Below are positions 61,863-64,000 of a DNA stretch of 64,000 nucleotides, piece by piece; the stretch's first letter is position 1; each line of letters begins with the position of its first letter. The notes beneath the pieces are model-generated. The model worked only from the letters and a program-made list of their open reading frames with translations. It made no database searches and was not told where the DNA came from. The DNA comes from Myxococcota bacterium (GTDB lineage Bacteria > Myxococcota_A > UBA796). The translations under genes and the position numbers were made by a program. Location of the stretch: positions 10,490-74,489 of the forward strand of contig JAYZVA010000027.1 in NCBI GenBank assembly GCA_036156175.1, read 5' to 3'.

Positions 61863-64000
61863 AACCGAATACGACAATCCCCGCGGGTTGCTCGTCGTCG
61901 CCCAAGCCGCCCTGCTGATGGGACCCACGCTGTGGCTCACCGCGCCGTCATTGAACCAAACCGGCATCATCGCTGCGAGCGTTGCATCGGGCATGGGGGC
62001 GGTCGTGTGGCTCTTGGCTCGCGGACTGCCGCGGTGGTTCGACGGCCGTCGAGACGAGGTGGGGTTTGCGTTGTTGGCCACAATGGGCGGCCTGGGTGCC
62101 GTCGCGTTGCCCGGCGCGGGCTCGGCGCTGGTCGCGTTGTTGGCGATGCTGTGCTGGCTGGGCACGACCGCGTTGACCTGGTCTCGCATGCAGACCACTG
62201 GCTTCGTGGGTTGCTTGGCGCTCGTGCTCTTCGGCGCACACGGGGAAGTCACCGGCGCCGCTGCAGCGCTGGTCGGAATTGTCCTGTGGGTGTCGATTGA
62301 GGCGGTGCGAAGCCGAACGTCGGTGGCTGAAAACGCCGAGCAGGTGGTCGCAAGCGCCGTTGATGTGGTCGAGGCCGAGCGGGCCAGCGCCGGGGAGTTG
62401 AAGGATCTGGACCGCCTCAAGACCGGGTTTTACACCAGCATCGTCGAAGGCCTACGGGGTCCCCTCACGTTGATGCTGTCCCCGCTCGACAGCATGCTCT
62501 CCGGGGACGTGGGCAGCTTCCGGGCCAACCAAGTGGAGTACCTGCAAACCGTTCGGCGCAACGCGCTCAAAGTCTTGCGACTCAGCGACGACCTGGTGGA
62601 CCTCAGCCACTTGGAGAGCGGCTTGCTTCGACTGCAGACCGAAGACACCAACTTGGCGGGGCTGCTCCAAGGGATCGTGGACCACGCCACCGTTTCGGCC
62701 AACAGCAAAGGCATCGCCATCGGGTTGACGGTCGACGACGCAGTTCCGGCCATCGCGGTCGACGTCGAAAAACTGGAGCGCGCGCTGATTCACCTCGTGT
62801 CAACCGCCGTTCACTACACCAATCAAGGCGGCGCGATTGACCTGCACGTGGGCCAAGAGAGCGGCGGCGTCTCGATCGAGGTTCGGGACAACGGCGCCGG
62901 ATTGCCTCCCGACTGGATCGATGCCTTGGCATCCTCCGATGGTGAAACCAAGTGGCTGCCGCCGCGTTCAGCCGAGGGAGTGGGATTGGTGCTCGCCCGT
63001 GAAATCGTCACGCTCCACAACGGCACCTTTGGGGTCACCTCGCGACTCGAGACGGGGACCACGTTCCGGTTGTGGCTGCCAAAGGCCGAGCCGAGCGGCC
63101 CGACCGCGCGCCCCCATGCCGACGCGCAAACCGAGCGAATTCGCTCCGGCACCGCCTATCGATTCGGCGGCCTCGCGGACGTCGGCGCACCCGAGCCCGT
63201 CGAACACGCGCCCTCCGAGAGCAAAGCCACGAAGGTCCTGGTGGTCGATGACAACCCCGAGATTCTTCAGTTCACCAAGAGCCTGCTCAGCCAAGAGCAC
63301 GCGGTGTTTGTTGCAAGCAACGGCGAAGACGGACTGGCGGTCGCCACCGCAGAGCAACCGGACGTCATCATCACCGACACCCGCATGCCAAAACTGGACG
63401 GAACCGGACTGATTCGGGCACTGCGCGCCGACCCGAGACTGGCCACCGTCCCCACGATCATCTTGACCGCCCGAAACCAGGTGGCCGATCGCGAAGCGGC
63501 TCGGGAGAGCGGAGCCGACATGGTGATGGACAAGCCCTTCAACCCCCGCGAACTGCGCTCGGCCATCGCGGAGCTGTTTGCCAAACAACACCGCCAAGCC
63601 TCGACCTTCATGAATGAGCAGGCCCGCAGCTTCGAGATCATCTCCGCGGGGCTCGCGCACGAGATGCACAACCCATTGGCGTACATCAAGAATGCCTACT
63701 TTGTGATCGGTGAGAATTCCCGAAAGGTGATCGCGGCGTCCCAAAACGACGACCTGACGGTGGATGAGCGGACCAAGATTTTCGAGAAGTCAAAAGACAA
63801 GATCGACAAGATGCTCCCGGTTGCCGACCGCGGCATCAAGAAAGTGGAACAACTTGTCGCATTGATGCGACGGTACGCTCGCGAGGGCTACAGCTCCGAT
63901 GCCATTGAGCTGCCGATCGATCAGAGCATTGCCGACGTCCTCGCCATGATCGCCCCCAAGGACAACAAGGATGTCGCCATCGAGTCCGAACTGAACGCCC
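61855..64000 (+). CDS. Membrane-bound hybrid sensor kinase, partial: TM, DHp(H to E), CA, REC, then a second DHp with His. It continues beyond the right edge
   Basis: Manual translation from ATG 61855 (8-nt overlap with the upstream gene): MDETEYDNPRGLLVVAQAAL. About 4 TM helices. FYTSIVEGLRGPL has Glu (62446-62448) where SHELRTPL has His. CA domain: VRDNGAGLP, GVGLVLAREIV. REC domain: VLVVDDN, IITDTRMPKLDG, DKPF. Second H-box: AGLAHEMHNPLAYI. It is absent from the ORF track because it has no stop in the window. Confidence 0.85.
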   Translation, partial: MDETEYDNPRGLLVVAQAALLMGPTLWLTAPSLNQTGIIAASVASGMGAVVWLLARGLPRWFDGRRDEVGFALLATMGGLGAVALPGAGSALVALLAMLCWLGTTALTWSRMQTTGFVGCLALVLFGAHGEVTGAAAALVGIVLWVSIEAVRSRTSVAENAEQVVASAVDVVEAERASAGELKDLDRLKTGFYTSIVEGLRGPLTLMLSPLDSMLSGDVGSFRANQVEYLQTVRRNALKVLRLSDDLVDLSHLESGLLRLQTEDTNLAGLLQGIVDHATVSANSKGIAIGLTVDDAVPAIAVDVEKLERALIHLVSTAVHYTNQGGAIDLHVGQESGGVSIEVRDNGAGLPPDWIDALASSDGETKWLPPRSAEGVGLVLAREIVTLHNGTFGVTSRLETGTTFRLWLPKAEPSGPTARPHADAQTERIRSGTAYRFGGLADVGAPEPVEHAPSESKATKVLVVDDNPEILQFTKSLLSQEHAVFVASNGEDGLAVATAEQPDVIITDTRMPKLDGTGLIRALRADPRLATVPTIILTARNQVADREAARESGADMVMDKPFNPRELRSAIAELFAKQHRQASTFMNEQARSFEIISAGLAHEMHNPLAYIKNAYFVIGENSRKVIAASQNDDLTVDERTKIFEKSKDKIDKMLPVADRGIKKVEQLVALMRRYAREGYSSDAIELPIDQSIADVLAMIAPKDNKDVAIESELNA

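Noticed and set aside
61350-62420. Minus-strand ORF of 356 aa and other short ORFs across 61.3-63.7 kb
   Set aside because: They are antisense to the edge-truncated hybrid kinase gene, which reads through uninterrupted from 61855 to the window end with TM, DHp, CA and REC motifs.
1-64000. CRISPR arrays, tRNA/rRNA genes, IS elements, integrases and prophage genes
   Set aside because: I looked in all intergenic and AT-rich islands (about 1.85, 15.3, 23.5, 34.1, 39.3, 42.2, 45.3, 46.7 and 59.6 kb). I saw no repeat-spacer structure, no GTTCGAATC-type T-arm and no transposase or integrase motifs. A tRNAscan/Infernal run would be the decisive check.

Overview
This is a visibly GC-rich (mid-60s % by eye, not computed), gene-dense chromosomal window. 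It carries about 42 protein-coding genes. I found no rRNA, tRNA, CRISPR array, IS element or integrase. All calls come from reading the supplied translations and the raw sequence for motifs; no similarity search was possible.

Gene content suggests a Myxococcota-like organism (inference). The clues are giant Ser/Thr kinases, a bactofilin directly after parAB, a GldAFG-like ABC operon, and a palindrome close to the LexA box I recall for Myxococcus xanthus.

Layout, left to right:
- 1-9.6 kb: three tandem paralogous kinase / P-loop NTPase / TPR giants facing a PP2C phosphatase.
- 9.6-14.1 kb: a translationally coupled ABC ATPase / permease / GldG-like / DUF4340 operon.
- 14.2-15.3 kb: an M14 carboxypeptidase.
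- 15.7-20.8 kb: a tight nadE-nrtR-XPB-Bax1(DUF790)-lipoprotein string.
- 20.8-32.3 kb: udk, bactofilin, parB and parA, with rsmG and mnmG further along. Four opposite-strand envelope genes split this normally contiguous block. A cluster of split parS-like half-sites lies upstream of parA.
- 32.4-36.5 kb: membrane and envelope genes plus an RluA-family pseudouridine synthase.
- 36.5-39.3 kb: a coupled 2-hydroxyacid dehydrogenase / WYL regulator / unknown 310-aa operon. A 38-bp composite palindrome sits over its divergent promoter.
- 39.4-45.2 kb: a small ORF, leuS, and a SUKH-TPR-HEAT protein.
- 45.4-59.6 kb: the most unusual region. It holds a serine-palmitoyltransferase-like alpha-oxoamine synthase, metG, a hypothetical gene, a GNAT, and a single 2,985-aa Pfa/PKS-like megasynthase. 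The megasynthase reads ER-like, KS, AT, ACP, KS, ACP, KR, DH, PPTase. Both of its carrier domains encode Thr where the phosphopantetheine Ser is expected.
- 59.7-64 kb: three signalling proteins with degenerate phospho-acceptor sites.

Two real genes that run off the window edges are absent from the ORF track: 1-1822 on the minus strand and 61855-64000 on the plus strand. I recovered both by manual translation. Many long track ORFs are antisense shadows typical of high-GC DNA, and several track ORFs carry spurious N-terminal extensions, which I trimmed.
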